64,000 nucleotides of DNA from Octopus sinensis (GCF_006345805.1 NC_043006.1:2914001-2978000); one strand, 5' to 3'. Shown: positions 24,611-39,532, counted from the stretch's first letter. The notes: generated by a model from the letters alone, not told the origin. Numbers and translations are program-made.

Positions 24611-25390
24611 TCACTATAGTATTAGCATTTAGACTGAAATCAGAAGACAGATATCTTACTGAAAACTTTCAGTCTTTCATCCTCCTCTCTTATATTCTGT
24701 CTTCTTGTCTCTCCAAACCCTAATTTCACTCAACTTGTTAAATCTCTCATCCTTATAACTTCTCATGTCATCAACTTGCAGTTCTGTTTGTCTCTATTTT
24801 TCTCTCTCACTCTTCTCCACTAACTTATAACTTTGCTCTGGTTTGTTACTTCATCTTTTCAAACATGGTGTTATTTTTTTTTTGATTATTGTTCAAGGTT
24901 TTGATTTGTGGATATAATTTATTGATTTCAGAGTAGACACAGTCCTACATTCTACCGATAGTACTGTGTCACAGATCTCAAAATAAATGTTTTGATTTTC
25001 ATGTTTTTTCTTTACAAAATGAAACAGCTTTTAAAGTTTCTTTGACAGTCATCAATGGAATTTGTTCCTATGTTTATGCTTCATACATACATCTACTTCA
25101 GGAGGAGGGGCACACACGCACACACACACACAGATGTTTAGTCATTAGACAGTAGACATACTGTGTCTCCATTTTCGAGTATGATTAACGTTATTGACTC
25201 TGTAGTCAATAGCATTAATCCTCGTACTTACTTCATCAGCCTTGGAAGGATATAAAGCAAAGTGGACCATGGCGGAGCTTTAATTCAGAAAGTAAAGGGT
25301 TATAACCAAATACAATAAGCTATAAATGTTTCCAGCTTGTGTGTGTGTGTAGATAAATAAATATATAAATATATAAATAAATATATATAA

Positions 25391-25435
<45 letters not shown>

Positions 25436-25444
25436 TATAAATAA

Positions 25445-25478
<34 letters not shown>

Positions 25479-25857
25479 GGGTGCAGGCAAGGCTGTGCAA
25501 GTTTTCTTGCCAACCACATGGTACACTGTGTGGCATCTTGGGCAAGTACCTTTTGCTAAAACCCCGGGCTGACCAAAGTCTTGTCAGTGGATTTGGTAGA
25601 TGGAAACTGAAAGAAGCCTCTCATATATATATGTGGGCGTGTGTTTGTCTTTGTGTGTCTGTGTTTGTCCTTCACACCATCTGACAACCGGTTTTGGTCT
25701 GTTTGTATCCTCGTAACTTAGGGGTTTGGCAAAAGAGACTAATAGAGCAAGTATCGGGCTTAAAAAATAAGGGACTGGGGTTGATTTGTTTGACTAAAAA
25801 TTTTTGAAGGTGGTGCTCCAGCATGGTCACGGTTGCCTGAAACAAGTAAAAGAAAAT
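25479..25857 (+). mobile_element. SINE family A
   Basis: Same head, body and GGTGGTGCTCCAGCATGG tail as the other A copies. Confidence 0.8.
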
Positions 25858-27374
25858 ACCTGCTTTCCATGCTGGCTGGGATAGAATGGTTTGACAGGGA
25901 ATTGATGAGCTTCAGGACTGCATCGGCCTTGAATGCCATCTTTGGCATGGTTTCTACAGCTGGCTGCCCTTCAGTTCAGAAGGACACCTGGCTGTAGAAA
26001 CCATGCCAACCAATTTACACAGTGTTTTGAGTGCCTTTTTGTCATGCTACCACCACTGGTGATGTTGCTGTGTCGGTGTGTAATAACACTGTGCCATATT
26101 AGATGCTTCCACTTATTGTCATATGATAGTGAGCAGACTGCATTCGAGACACCTGACAGCTGTAACGACACATCATACCTGTTATATATTTGCTGCGATA
26201 CGATTGAGTAATTTTACACCAATTATTGTGAAGTTTTATTGAATTCCCATCCTGTATGGCATTGAGAAATATTTCCATTTCCTTCGTTTATAACTTCATC
26301 TAATATCACATCTGCTCTTTATATTTCTTAATACCTTCATCCACCACATTCTTTCAATACATTTGGATATGTGTTGCCTTACTCAAATCTGTCTCTTCTA
26401 AACTTTTGGAATTTCCTAAGGAATCTTTAGAGATTAATAGACTTGTTGCTGACCTTGATCTTGATTCCAGCCAGCATTCTTTTATTCTACTATTAACTCC
26501 TTATATCATCATCATTATACTGAAATAATGTATTTTTTTATACTTTCTCATTTGTTAGTAGAATTACGGTCGGAGATAGTATTGCAGGATTGAATGATTT
26601 GTTGTGGAAACTCTGTTACCTTACTTTTTTTATGTTCCACTTGGTCTGATTATGATTCTCATGTCTATGAGCCCCTTAAACTAAATACTTGCAGTACCAG
26701 AGAAACTAAAGCGAGGAGGGCTGCACGGAAAACAAGAATCGCACTGGGTCCTCTTTATTCTCTTATTATGTGCTCCCTACTGTGACCATAGATTTTATGC
26801 CTATTTTGATCACAAGGAGTAAAGCTGGTAATTTGGTCATCTTCAGAGAGATGATGGATAAAAGAAGACACATCATCACCAGTAGAGCTCAGCAAGGCTT
26901 CCAGCAGTGAATGTTGGTCTTGTCTCTGTACAGGTATGTGCAGACCTGTGTATATTTCTTTGAGTTAGTCTCGCACTCGCCCATACTTGTAAGTCTTCCT
27001 TCTCCTCAACGCCAATGTTTATCCAGAGGAAAGGCTACTCACATGGGTTGGGACAGCTTGGCACCAGTGATGACAGAATGCACAGAAAGAGCTTGGAACT
27101 GACACCAGAAGACATCACATTTGATCCTTTCACAGTTTCTCCAATTCCCTGTTCTGAATTGGCACATTTTTATTTTACTGTGAAAAAAAGAAAGGGGAGG
27201 TGACCATGGCAACAGGGTGTACTCTTTGGATTGCAAGTGACCAGATCAAGTACCACTAGGTATTCTCCCCCAAACTCCTAACTACTCTGCTAAATTGCCA
27301 CCACCTTTTAATAGTTTACATCAGAAATATAACTTTTAATATTTATACTAACTTTTAGTATATATTTTTATTAT

Positions 27375-27639
27375 TTATGCACCCTTTCCAAGCCTATCCA
27401 GGCTCATGGGTCCGGTTCCTATGGCGTATGTGTTCCCCCCAAGAAACAGGAAGAAAGAGTGAGAGAGAAAGTTGGGGCGAAAGAGTACAACAAGGGTCGC
27501 CACCACCCCCTGCTGCAGCCTCGTGGAACTTTAGGTGTTTTCGCTCAATAAACACACACAGCGCTCGGTCTGGGAATCAAAACCGCGATCCTCCGACTGC
27601 GAGTCCGCTGCCCTAACCACTGGGCCATTGCGCCTCCAC
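27375..27639 (-). mobile_element. tRNA-derived SINE family E, young (CpGs retained)
   Basis: The minus strand begins GTGGAGGCGCAATGGCCCAGTGGTTAGGGCAGCGGACTCGC...GGTTTTGATTCCCAG (A- and B-box like), then a non-tRNA body. Single copy in this window. Confidence 0.7.
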
Positions 27640-28754
27640 TTTAGTACATATACTTTTTATGTAACTTCTATTAGTTTACATCTGAAATATAACTTGGTAT
27701 CTACTTTTTATCAATGTACAATTTACATATGTCTAGCAACACAATGTTTTTTAATAGGGGCTTAGCTGTGGTGAGGAGCTGGGGTCAGACAAAATTGCTG
27801 TATTTATTAGAAATAAGGTGGTTTTATATGGTTAAACCTGTGAAACTCCATGACGAAGAAAGAAGAATGATATTAAAACAAACTCTATTTTGTCTTCCCA
27901 AAATAAGTTTGTTGAAGAATATGGTAATCTTTTTGCAGTGGAGCATTGGTGTTTGCTAGTTTGAGAACCACTGTACAAGTGATGTATGGAGACTTTGGGG
28001 ATTCTGTTGCTGTTGGGTGTGAATTAGTGGAACAAACCAGAAATAGCAAACTTGTTATTTGGTTCCAGGGCAAAAGGGTTCCAGCTATGGAAGCTCCTCA
28101 CCACAAATACATCTAATGTATCCTTCCTTTTTATATATATATTAGGGTTTGATTTTGGGTGCTCTTTTCAGTAGGTCAGGTGGCAGTTGGGGGGAGGGTT
28201 CTGTCCTTATGAATTGTCAGGTGTGCAATGTAAATATACTGGAAGAAAATTGTGTGCGAAATAATACTTGTTATTTCAAAAACATAATAATCGTTAGGCA
28301 GCAGATATTTCTTTGAAACCAATTTCACTCTGTCTAACTCATGTGAAAGTACACTTTCCATTATTTTCTTACTTATGTATCATTTTACTTTACAGCTAGT
28401 AATTATAATTTAGGCTGTCGGTAATTATAATATAGGCTGTTAGTAAAGTTAATTCTGTAACATTGTTGATTTAGACAGTTGACACTTCTAACTCACAAAG
28501 GTATTTGTCCTGTTCTGGCATCAGGTCAGAATTCTTTCGTTTTGCTCTGTAAAGCCAAACTGAAGTTTAAAGCAAAATGCTTCAAGTTAACAGATATTGT
28601 TGTCAGAAACACTACGAATCCAAAGGAATAGTCTTCAGAGTTACTGTAGTGCTCATAATTTATAACTGTCGTGACACTGAATTTATTAATAATAATAAAC
28701 TAATCCAGATTCTAATGTGTCACCATCAACATCATCATTTTTACATCTGCTTTC

Positions 28755-28841
28755 CATGATACCTGCATGTTTTGGACAGGTCACATGATACCTGCATGTT
28801 TTGGACAGGTCACATGATACCTGCATGTTTTGGACAGGTCA
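28755..28841. repeat. 3 x 29-bp perfect tandem repeat CATGATACCTGCATGTTTTGGACAGGTCA, inside a decayed family F SINE tail
   Basis: Read directly from the sequence. Confidence 0.95.
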
Positions 28842-29479
28842 CAACCCCACTCATTTCTTCTTTGGTGTCACTGCTGCCATAGGCTGGTGCTCATATGCGT
28901 TCCTTTAGTTTGGTTTTTGGCTGCCTTTCCTATTGACAACCACTTCACAGGGTTTACTAGTTGCATATACTCATGGCATCATCACTAGAAGAAGTGAGAC
29001 CAGACTAAAGAGACCTTGCAACCTTATGCTTCCCCCATTAACTTACCTTCAACTTTACACTCTGTTCTAGGTGTATTCTTCATGGTGTCAGCATCAGAGA
29101 AGTTTTCAAGTCTTCAGTGAGACAATGCTAAAGCACAACTCAACTTTACCTCTGCATGTTCACCAATCATTCGACCATGTGCAGAGGGATGGAGATTTCC
29201 ATTGCACTAACACAGAAGCTCTGTGTGTGTGTGTGTGTGTGTGTACAGAGTAAATGTTGAGAGTACTCAGTTACCTTGACATACCCGCCATCTCCCATCT
29301 CCTCATTATCTAATTATCTAAAATGGATGTATATGTTGCTTTTTAATGGATATCTTACCAAATCTACAACACAACTGAGGATTGCGTGTGTTTTTCTTTT
29401 CTATTTGCTTGTTTCATTTTCATTCTTTCATGTTCATATCATAAACTGCACAGATTTTACAATCTAAATTATGTTAGTT

Positions 29480-29640
29480 TCAAATTTTTGGCACCAGGTC
29501 GGAAATTTCAGAGCTGGGGCTAAGGGGATTAAATCAACCCCAGTGCTTAAACTGGTACTTATTTTATTAACTCTAGTGGCATTTGAACCCAGAACATAAA
29601 GATAGATGAAATGTCTCTCAGCATACCAATGAGTCTGCCT
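29480..29640 (-). mobile_element. SINE family D, decayed
   Basis: ACCCCAGTGCTTAAACTGGTACTTATTTT...ATTTGAACCCAGAAC. Confidence 0.65.
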
Positions 29641-30563
29641 ATCACAAACACTGGACTGTGAAGGGAATAAGTACTATCCCTCATTACCTGCTGACCAGTA
29701 AATGGGCAAGTTATAGCCTATCCTTATTTTGGCCCTTGTCAAGCAAACTTAGGACCATTTTGTATTTCTGTACAACTACCATTATCCTGTGTGTCCTCCT
29801 TTTCTCACTGACAATTTGGCTGCTATTTCAAGCCGGTCAAATGGTTACGGAGGCTCCATTGTTAGCCCATGTGTAGATAGTTCAGGCACTGTGACAATCT
29901 CTTGTCCTGAACCTTGTTGCAGTCATGTGTCTACAGATTAAGGCAGTCTGTTTGCATCATTCGATCGCAGTTACTCTTTCCCACAGCAGTCTTTTAACTC
30001 ACTCTCTCTCTTCAGATTCGAGGTCAGTTATTTTCAGTTCTTTAGTCACGTGATGACCTGTTATCTTTTAATACGAGAGCAGTGCACGTTGTAGAAGTAT
30101 GCAAACAAGTAGAGCCTCATCAGTGGATCTCTGACCAATCCCAGGATTTTTTTTTGCGCATTTAGTTTTTATCAGAGACTAATAAACTTGTGGCCCCATG
30201 ACTCATGCTCACCACTTAGAGAAGAACGATGTCCTTCTAACATATCTCTCAATGGCCATTGTTTTTCGTTTTGTCATGTCATACTTCACAATAGTGTTCC
30301 CATCAGTAATACCATTGACTGACCTCTTTCTTCCCTGTTTGTAATGCGGTATTTACACATGTTTGTCTTTAGAGTTCAGTGGTTCTCATTCTTTTCACCT
30401 CATGATGAACTGCAGATCAAACTTGAAGACAAAATAGCCAATGTGCTTTGCAGAGAAAACCTAACAAAAGATAAAAAAAGTGGTTTAAAAGTTAGAAATT
30501 TAGAAAAAAACATGTCAAAAGTTATTGTTTATCTTGTTCTGTTCATCATATGTAGGTACTTAC

Positions 30564-30940
30564 ATGGCTATGCTGTTAAGCTCTCTCTGCAACCGTGTAG
30601 TTTGTGGTTCAGTCCCACTGTATGGTACCTTGGGCAAATGTCTTCTACTATACAGCCCCAGGCTGACCAATGCCTGTGAGTGAATTTTGTAGATTGGAAA
30701 CTGTTTGGAAGCCCATTGAATGCGAGTGTGTGTGTGTTCAACCACTTGATAGCTGATGTTGGTTTGCTTATGTCCTCATAACTTAGTTGTTCAGCAAAAG
30801 AGAGCAATAAAATAACTACCAGACTTACAAAAAACAAAAAAAAAACCTCAAGCATTAGGGTTGATTTGTTTGACCCAAACCCTTGAAGGTGGTATCACAG
30901 TATGATCGCAGTCCAGTGACCGAGAAAAGTAAAAGAAAAA
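30564..30940 (+). mobile_element. SINE family A, CpG-decayed
   Basis: GGTTCAGTCCCACTG...GGGCAAATGTCTTCTACTATACAGCC, with the family A tail. Confidence 0.8.
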
Positions 30941-31662
30941 TACAAAGCAAAATTATGTAAAAAACATGTTTTTGAGATGCTTTAAACATTAGAATTGATT
31001 TTCTACAACCTTAAATTATAATTTTTTTATTCAAATATGTGGCATACTGGTGCAGAACCACAGCAGCAGACTATTGTAATCGTTTGTGCACATGCAGACA
31101 TAGGTAGAGAGAGAGAGGAGAGCTCTGCTGTTCAGGTTTGACCCTATATTTGCATTTGTATGCACAAGCCTGGGCAAGTTTATTCTATGATTGACAGTTG
31201 CCCTTGCAAGCGGGTCTCCCTGTCTCTTTGAACCTTTGATGTTACTCAAGAGCAAGGCTCACCGCTTTTAAGCTGATGTTGTGTCGTTTGTGGGTGTTGC
31301 TGTCAGGAAGCAAATGGTTTGAATCGATGTTGCAAGGCCTCTCATCCAGTTCTGCTAGTTTCCCACATTCTAATTAGAATCTTTGTGTCAGTTTGAAAAG
31401 GATGAAGACAAAGTTGACTTCAGCTGGATTTGAACTCAGAGCACAGAGTTTGAAACAAATACTGCAAGTCATTCTATCCAATACTCAGACAATGTGTCAA
31501 TATGGCACCTACATATACTGATAAAAATATTACTTTGGAGAAAATCACCAAAAAAAGGGAAAAAATTCTTCAGCACTTTTCTAGTTGAAGTGAAAATTTA
31601 TATGTAACCAGTGTAGGTAGATATATAAACTTATGAGTGTGAAATGTGAGTAGTGTTTAGAA

Positions 31663-32075
31663 CGTAGGAGTGGCTGTGTGGTAAGTAGCTTGCTTACCAA
31701 CCACATGGTTCCGGGTTCAGTCCCACTGCGTGGCATCTTGGGCAAGTGTCTTCTACTATAGCCTTGGGCCAACCAAAGCCCTGTGAGTGAATTTGGTAGA
31801 TGGAAACTGAAAGAAGCCCATCGTATATTTGTATGCATACATATGTATGTGTGTGTATATGTTTGTGTGTTTGTCTCCCCCCCCCCCCCAACATCACTTG
31901 ACAACCAATGCTGGTGTGTTTATGTCCCCGTCACTTAGCAGTTCTGCAAAAGAGACCGATAGAATAAGTACTAGGCTTACAAAGAATAAGTCCTGGGGTC
32001 GATTTGCTCGACTAAAGGTGGTGCTCCAGCATGGCCACAGTCAGATGACTGAAACAAGTGAAAGAGAGTAAAAGA
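31663..32075 (+). mobile_element. SINE family A, full length
   Basis: Closely similar to the copies at 39309 and 42888 along the whole length. Confidence 0.9.
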
Positions 32076-33819
32076 GAACTATAAACTCTTTCAAGTTTAA
32101 AAACACTTATGTCCGTTGATAGGACTCTGCTTATATTTTGATCACATAAACTTTGTTCTGGAATATTTGAGTGCATATTTATTTACATGACATAATTTGT
32201 ATGTAATTCCATTTAGATCAGTGTTTGTAAACTCATCGCTCTGCACAGAACATGCTGTGTAACATTTTGTGTACATTTATCAACAACTGTGTGTTTATCT
32301 AGGAAACTTGATTGCAGTACATTTTCAAGTTTAATCTTATCTACAACAATGGACTATTCTGGAAAAATACTTAGATCCGGTTGTCTTAATGCTATAGAAT
32401 TCATTATGAGTCCATACTCCTGAATTTTCTTTCACTTTAGTTCAAATGTTAAACTGAGATGAAAAGTTCTCTTCTCTAATACATAATCAGGAGTTTACTT
32501 TCTCCAAAGAGAATGGTTGATAGAGAAGCTCTTGTCATACTGCATCATCCTTGAACTTCTCTCACCTCATCCAACCTGTTCCCGTTCCTCACTTGACTCT
32601 TATTTATAAAACTGGTGTCATTTTTCTCATTTTAATCACTTGAATTGATACCTTTTGACAATGTTTTCAGTATAGAAGTAAGCAGTCTTTTCCTAAATGT
32701 CCAGGTTCCACACAAGATTTTGTATAAACAATGTTGTTGGAAAGCTTCTTCCAGTTGGTGTAGCCATGGTTTTTAATGTTCAGTATTTTGCTTCGGTTCA
32801 ATTCTCTGCTCTGCTCAATTACATGTCAACTCTAATAGTTACAAAGACGGGAACGACTTCTTGGACATCATGCAGTTGTCTGTGTTTGTACAAGACACCT
32901 CCTTTGTAGGATAAGAGAGCAATTTCTGTGACTCAGCATGGAATGAGGGGACATTAGTCTTATTTATTATGTCACTAATATGCTGTGGTGTATCTGCAAG
33001 ATATCTGAGGTTAAAATACCTCAGTGGAGTTTCACATATTTAGTATAGTGAGCTGCAATCTTTGATATTATCCATGCAATTTGTGGACAAATGCATTCTT
33101 TAGTGACTTTTTAGAATTGAAGACACCAAAAAGAAAACTCTTATTTAATCACTTAACTGAAACTGTTTGAAGAATTTTTTTATTGATACTGAATCGGCCA
33201 CAGACTTCAGCCAATAATCATGTTTCAATGAGTGTTTCCAGACCCTGTGAAATTTTCTGGCGTGTTTCTATTTTGCTGAGGTAGATTTTGTATCTTACAC
33301 GGCACTTTTTATAAAACTGCCAGGTTTTCTTATATTAGCAGGTATCCGGGGCATGTTACCCAGCTCAGTTCAATGCAACATCCCACAAAACATGTCTTGA
33401 AAGCTGTGGAAAACAAGTTCCCCCTGAGATTTCCATTGTGTCTAAAGTTTGTCTTCTTTCTTGGAGATCAGCATCCTTTTTGTTTTTCTTATAGCCACCT
33501 GCTATATTTGCCACAAGCTCTCATTATGCTTATTCAAGAGCATGTGTGCATGATGCTGGAAGATTATAATTGGGATACTTATTTTTAGTTGATATTTTTT
33601 TTTTCTATTCTGCAATGACTTGATGTTTTTTTGGTTTTTTTCCTTATGTCACTTTGCCTGACGGTACATTATTGATTTCTCTACGGTTTCACCACTGTTC
33701 AACTATCTTCTCAACTAGCAATGTTTGTTTGTTGATCACTGGAGCAGAGAGATACAATTGCTTAGTGGACTGTGTAGTTTCTTTACAGACTAGCAGAAAC
33801 TATTTGCATCACTTTTATT

Positions 33820-34060
33820 AATGGACTTTTGTGCACTACTGGACTTGCTGCTTGCTTCCTTCCACACTCAGCTGCCCAATCAATGTTGATCTCAAACACT
33901 CAGCGCTCAGCATCCCCAAACATTACAGCTTGACAAGAAACCAGATTCCAGCAGCATTTATTTGCAAACTTCCTTCTAACTTTAATCTTCACAACCTCTC
34001 ACTCATGCAACAAACCATGTCCAGCAATGCATCTCATCTTTCCCACCAACTCTGATATTT
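33820..34060 (+). mobile_element. Possible CR1/L2-like LINE 3' relic
   Basis: Weak resemblance to 59310-59560 and to CR1-type 3' ends. Heavily decayed. Confidence 0.3.
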
Positions 34061-34687
34061 GTTCTCATCTCTCTCTCTCTCTCTCTGTTTTTTTTCAGTT
34101 TCTTTTATCAGTCCGAGTGCTCACAGATTCACAATGTTACACAGTTTTAACATCAAACCAACATTCTCTTACATGGGAATACCTTATGCCTCTCTTTCTC
34201 CTTCCTCTTCTCCTTTTCTCTCTCAACTCACAAACACATCTATTCATTTTTGCATAATGTGTTATAGTTGGTTGGTGTTGCAAATTTGTATATTATTAGT
34301 ATACATAATTTCTGTGGCTTGGTACCCTATCTCTTGCTATCCATTATAATTCACAAATACCCACACTCACACATCCTCACATATTCAACTGTTTTTTGTT
34401 TTTTTCCTGTTTTATTTTTTCCTTATGTGTTGGTCTGTTCCATTGATATCTCTCTTTCTCCTCAAATACAAATGGAATCCTGCACACTCATTCTCTACTA
34501 CAGACTGCTAATCATACTTCACTCATATTCTTATATCAGCTCCATAGACATTTGCAGGTATGTGACTCTGTGTGTGTGTGTGTGCAATGAAAGAATGCAT
34601 GACCATGCATGAATCCTCACAGAAATTTGCATGGATATTTGCTTACATTTGTGCACATATCCACTATCAACCATGTGCACACGCACG

Positions 34688-34723
<36 letters not shown>

Positions 34724-34890
34724 AACACTGTTCATTTTCAAACAGATATATAAAGATCAATATAACTGGTGCAATGTCTTATTATAAAAGGCTTCTGTCA
34801 AAGGCTACGTTTGTATGCTGCAATTATTATTATTATTATTATTATTTTTAGCAGCAGCAGCAGCAACAGAATCATTAATCTCAGAGTGAC

Positions 34891-34934
<44 letters not shown>

Positions 34935-35104
34935 CTCATAAGATTTTTTTAGTTTTAGTTTCTGTCCAAGTCCATTCTCAAGGTTTTGGTTGGTCCAGGG
35001 CTGTAGTTGATGACACTTACCCAAAGTGCTACACAGTGGGACTGAACCCAATGCAAAATAGTAGGGAAGCAAGCTTCTTAAGCACCCAGCCACATTTATA
35101 TACA

Positions 35105-35370
35105 CATCATTATCATCATCATCCTTTAACATCTATTTTCCATGATGGCATGGGTTGGATGGTTTGACTGGAGCTGGCAAGCAGAGGAGTTGCACCAGGT
35201 TCCAATCTGATTTGGCTTGATGATGTCCTTCCTAACACCAACCACTTTACAAGGTGTGTTGGGTGTTCTTTATGTGGCACTGGCACGAATGCTCTTATAT
35301 GTGGCACCAGTACAAGTGGTCTTATATGTGGCACCAGTACAAGTGGTCTTTTATGTGGCACTGGAATGCG
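35105..35370 (-). mobile_element. RTE-tailed SINE family F with internal 27-bp tandem units
   Basis: (CAT)n-TTTAACATC...CATGGGTTGGATGG tail. CTTATATGTGGCACCAGTACAAGTGGT occurs twice from 35294, with partial flanking copies. Confidence 0.75.
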
Positions 35371-38254
35371 TATACACACACATCATCACTCATACATACA
35401 AGAATGGAGGCAATGTAGTAACAGTGATTATGAATATCAACAAATATAGATTTAACTGACTTGTTGTTTTTAAGGTTTAAACACCCTGTGGAGGGAGTTT
35501 TTATCTACTAATTGCTTGGATAATCTTAATAGAAAGTTTTCACCTTGCTATATTACATGTGCATGCCCCTACCATATTTACCTGTATTATATCAGAATGC
35601 AGAAATAACTTTTAGTTGTTGCTGGGTTCATTCTGTGCAAATTTCTCAGTTTGAATTTCTTTTTTTTTCCAAACTGGCATTTTATCTTGTACATTTTATT
35701 TTACTTTTCTCCCCCCCCTCTCTCTCTCTCTCCTTGTAATCTTTTTACGTTTACTTATTTATTGATAATTTTATTTTGGTCTTTTATTGCTCTCAAGTTA
35801 ATTATGATGTAAGATGAAAAGGAATGATAACCAAATGTGCCTTGTATATATACGTGTGCGTGTGCAAAAAACAAAAAATGTTGATAATAATAATAATAAT
35901 AACAACCAGCCAGCTTAATACACACGAGGTGTAACTAACTATTGCCTCTGGCCACTAACATCTTTTAACTTTCTCAAATAACATCTTATTCTCTCACAAA
36001 TCTACTTTTGTGTCAATGGTATGTTTAGTGAACATTTTTATTATTAGTTTTATTTTCAATACTTTTCACCTGATAGCTTTTGACAGCAAAGTCTCCAAGA
36101 TTTATCATTGTGTGCTAACAGAAACCTGCCTCAGATTGTTGCAATTCTATTGGTTGCTTACAATTTGTGTTCCGGTACCAGAATAATATATGTATACGCA
36201 TTAATAAAGACTTTTTATCTCAGAATTCTAACAACCGACCCTACCTTGTGTGTTTACCACTGAAAAATTCTCCATATATTAATATTATTCTTAACTACGA
36301 CTGATTATCCATCAAAATACTGCTTTACTTTGAAAATTCTTATTAGCTCTTTTTGCTCCCCCCCTTACCTTTTATATGTGTGTAAGATATTGGGTTTTTT
36401 TTTGTGTTTTTATAAAAGATTTTTCATTTGATGTTTTACTACAATTCTCTAGAATTTTCCGCTCTCTACCTAGCAAAGGCGTTTATCAGTGACATAGCTA
36501 TACAGCAGTCCTTATTGATAGCATGAATAAAGAGATATTCAGTATAAGTTGAATTATTCCTATTTCAATTGCAGCTATTCACTTGTCATTTCTCTTCATG
36601 CTTTTTTCTCTTTTTTTTTTTATTTTAATTATTATTCTTATTTTATTTAAAATCATTTTCTAAGACATTTTACATTAACCACTTAAAAGAATTCCTTTCT
36701 TGCCAAAATACTGGCATGATCTCTAACATTGCTCTCTATTTGTCCACATTTACCAATAGCTTGTTATTATTGTTTTTTTTTCTTCCTTGCCTTGCTTATT
36801 CTTGAGGTCTTTTCCTCTCAAGTTCTGCCTTGTGTTAGTTTCCATAATGTCTATATTGAGTGTAGATTTCCATGTAGAGTGTTGCGAATATAATAAAGAG
36901 GTGAAGCTATTGTGGCTTGCATCAGACTGGCTGATCTGCTTGTCGTACTCCCACTTCCTGCACTCGTGACAAATGGCTGTTAGCTTAGCAATTCGTATCT
37001 TGTTGTTCTTTCATTGGGGATTGCAAATTGTTCTGGTGAGATACATTGAGAGACAGAAAGGAAGAATACAGTATTTATTATTATTATTGCAATTTTTTTT
37101 TGTTTTTCAATACCAACTTTAGTGTGTCTTTCATTGAGTTTAAAACATTTTCTAATGTTTAGCTTTGCTCTTGCATGAGCCTGCACTGAGCATACTTTTG
37201 TGCTCTACTTCAAACAAAAAAAAAGTTATCCAACTTCATGAAGAGGCGGTGCTACTGCTGTTCCATATTGCACCAATATCAATTCTTCCTGACAATTATA
37301 ATGCTTTGCAGTTCTCCAGTTTCTTTTGATTATATAAATGCATTATAAATAGAAGCTTTATATATGTATTATGTATATAATGCATCATATATATATATAT
37401 ATTTATATCATGCAGCTATGAATGTGTATGCAATGGAAAGATATTACACAGATGCATAATATGCATGTGCATGTATGACTATATGGTATGCTTTCAGTTA
37501 TGAATTGTCACTCTATCACCTGACCTGTTTGCGTAGTTCCCCACTCCGTATTAAAATGATTTGGCGTAAAGTTTTTGGTGATTTCATTAGAAGAAGGGAT
37601 TTTAGAATTCATACGTTAATCTAACCCTTTACCTACCTCTGATACTGCTTTTCGAAACTTTGATGTGGTTCTACCCTGGATCTACAGCTGGTGCCCTTCT
37701 GTTGTGATTCTTCATCCAAACTCACTCAAGGTTAGCTATTTCAACTTTTGATGTTTTTTGTCACTAACTTCTCAGCTGAAAGAATTTTTACATGTAATCA
37801 GAGGAATTTTTTTAGGTAAATGCTGCTTTTTTAAAAATATTTATATATATATATATATATAATGCTAATTAACTGCTGAGAGACTTAACATTTTTATGGC
37901 TAAGACAATAGTTGTCCAGGCTGTTCTTTGTTTCGTGCCTCAAAGTTATAATTCCATTCTCTGTTTTAGTCAATAACTGTTTAACTGAGTTCCGTACCTG
38001 TTTTCCCCCCACCCTGTACATCACCTGTTTAGGGAGTGCTATAGAACAGAAGAATGGCTTCAGTTCCTTGCAGAAATCACTTCATTTATATTTGCAAGTA
38101 TTTTTAAGAAAGCCATGAATATGACAAATTCTTTTCTGCCACAAATTGAAAAAGTTGTTATTAGATTCTATGTTTGAGTGGAATGGACAACAAACATCAA
38201 ACTCAACAGTAATTAAGTTCTTGTATTCTAATAAGTTTTTGCTATTATTATTGA

Positions 38255-38890
38255 GCCAGCAGAATCGTTAGCATGCCAAGTGGCATTTCATATCTTCATG
38301 TTCTGAGTTCAAATTCTAATAAGGTTAACTTAGCCTTTCATCTGTCTGGGGCCAATAAAGTAAGTACCAGTTGTATACTGGGGTAGATATAACTGATTAG
38401 CCTCCTCCTCCCAAATTTCAGGCCTTGTGCCTAGAGTAGAAAGTATTATTTTTATTATTATCAGGGTGGCAGATTGGCCAATTCTATGTCAGAAAACATG
38501 CCTTGTAGTATTCTGTTTCCTTCTATTCTGAGTTCAAATCCTGGCCAGATTAACTTTGCCTTTCATCCCTCTGGGGTGGATATAGGATATAATAAAGGGT
38601 CAGTCAGGCACTGGGTCAGTATGATTGCCTGTTTTACTTTATACCTATGTTAGGAAAAGGTTATTAAAAGTGTTAAACTGGCAGAGTCCTTAGAAGGATC
38701 AGAAAAAATGTGTTGCATTTATTTATTTATTTATGACCCTTCAAATTCTGAGTTCAAATAATGCCAAAGTCACCTTTGCTTTTCATCCCTTCTGGGGTTC
38801 ATAAAATAAAGTACCAGTCAAGTACTAGGGTTGATGAAATCAACTAAACCTCTCCCACTAAAATTACTGGCCTTGTGCCTAAATTAGAAA
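38255..38890 (+). mobile_element. Three consecutive family D SINEs (~38255-38440, 38462-38620, 38675-38890)
   Basis: Each carries TTCTGAGTTCAAAT...(C/T)TTTCATC...GGGG. CpG-decayed. Confidence 0.75.
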
Positions 38891-39066
38891 CCTTTGGTGC
38901 AATTTGTCAGCACATCAAAATAACCGTAGAAGGGACATTATTATTATTGTTGTTGTTGTTATTGATGTTATTTGGTACTTAGGTTTGTTCATTTAGGAAT
39001 TGTTGAGTGATGTAGAAAGCCCGTCTGATTTGCAACAGTTTTTCTCAGCATGTATTTACAGATGTT

Positions 39067-39141
39067 TATACATACCTTGTATATACATACCTTGTATATA
39101 CATACCTTGTATATACATACCTTGTATATACATACCTTGTA
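39067..39141. repeat. 5 x 15-bp tandem repeat TATACATACCTTGTA
   Basis: Read directly; it is the source of the IHTLY repeats in the ORF track. Confidence 0.95.
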
Positions 39142-39308
39142 CCTAGACATAAACATATATGTGCATACCTATACTTCTATACTCACATATTTGGAGACAC
39201 AAAATATACGTTGCTTTGTGTATGTCTCTTGTGCATACACACTCACACACAAATATATATATGTCATTTTGAACTCATCATCTAGTTTTTTGTTATTATT
39301 CATCATAC

Positions 39309-39474
39309 AGGCGTAGGAGTGGTTGTGTGGTAAGTAGCTTGCTTATGAACTACATGGTTCTGGGTTCAGTCCCACTGCGTAGCACCTTGGGCAAGTGTCT
39401 TCTACTATAGTCTCGGGCCGACCAAAGCCTTGTGAGTAGATTTGGTAGACAGAAACTGAAAGAAGCCCATCGCA

Positions 39475-39532
<58 letters not shown>

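Noticed and set aside
29880-30350. Tc1/mariner transposase N-terminus on the minus strand
   Set aside because: The resemblance is faint, there are many stops, and I found no TIR or DDE motif.
32300-33600. Non-repetitive-looking stretch that might hide an exon or TE ORF
   Set aside because: No open frame of useful length and no recognisable motif in any frame.
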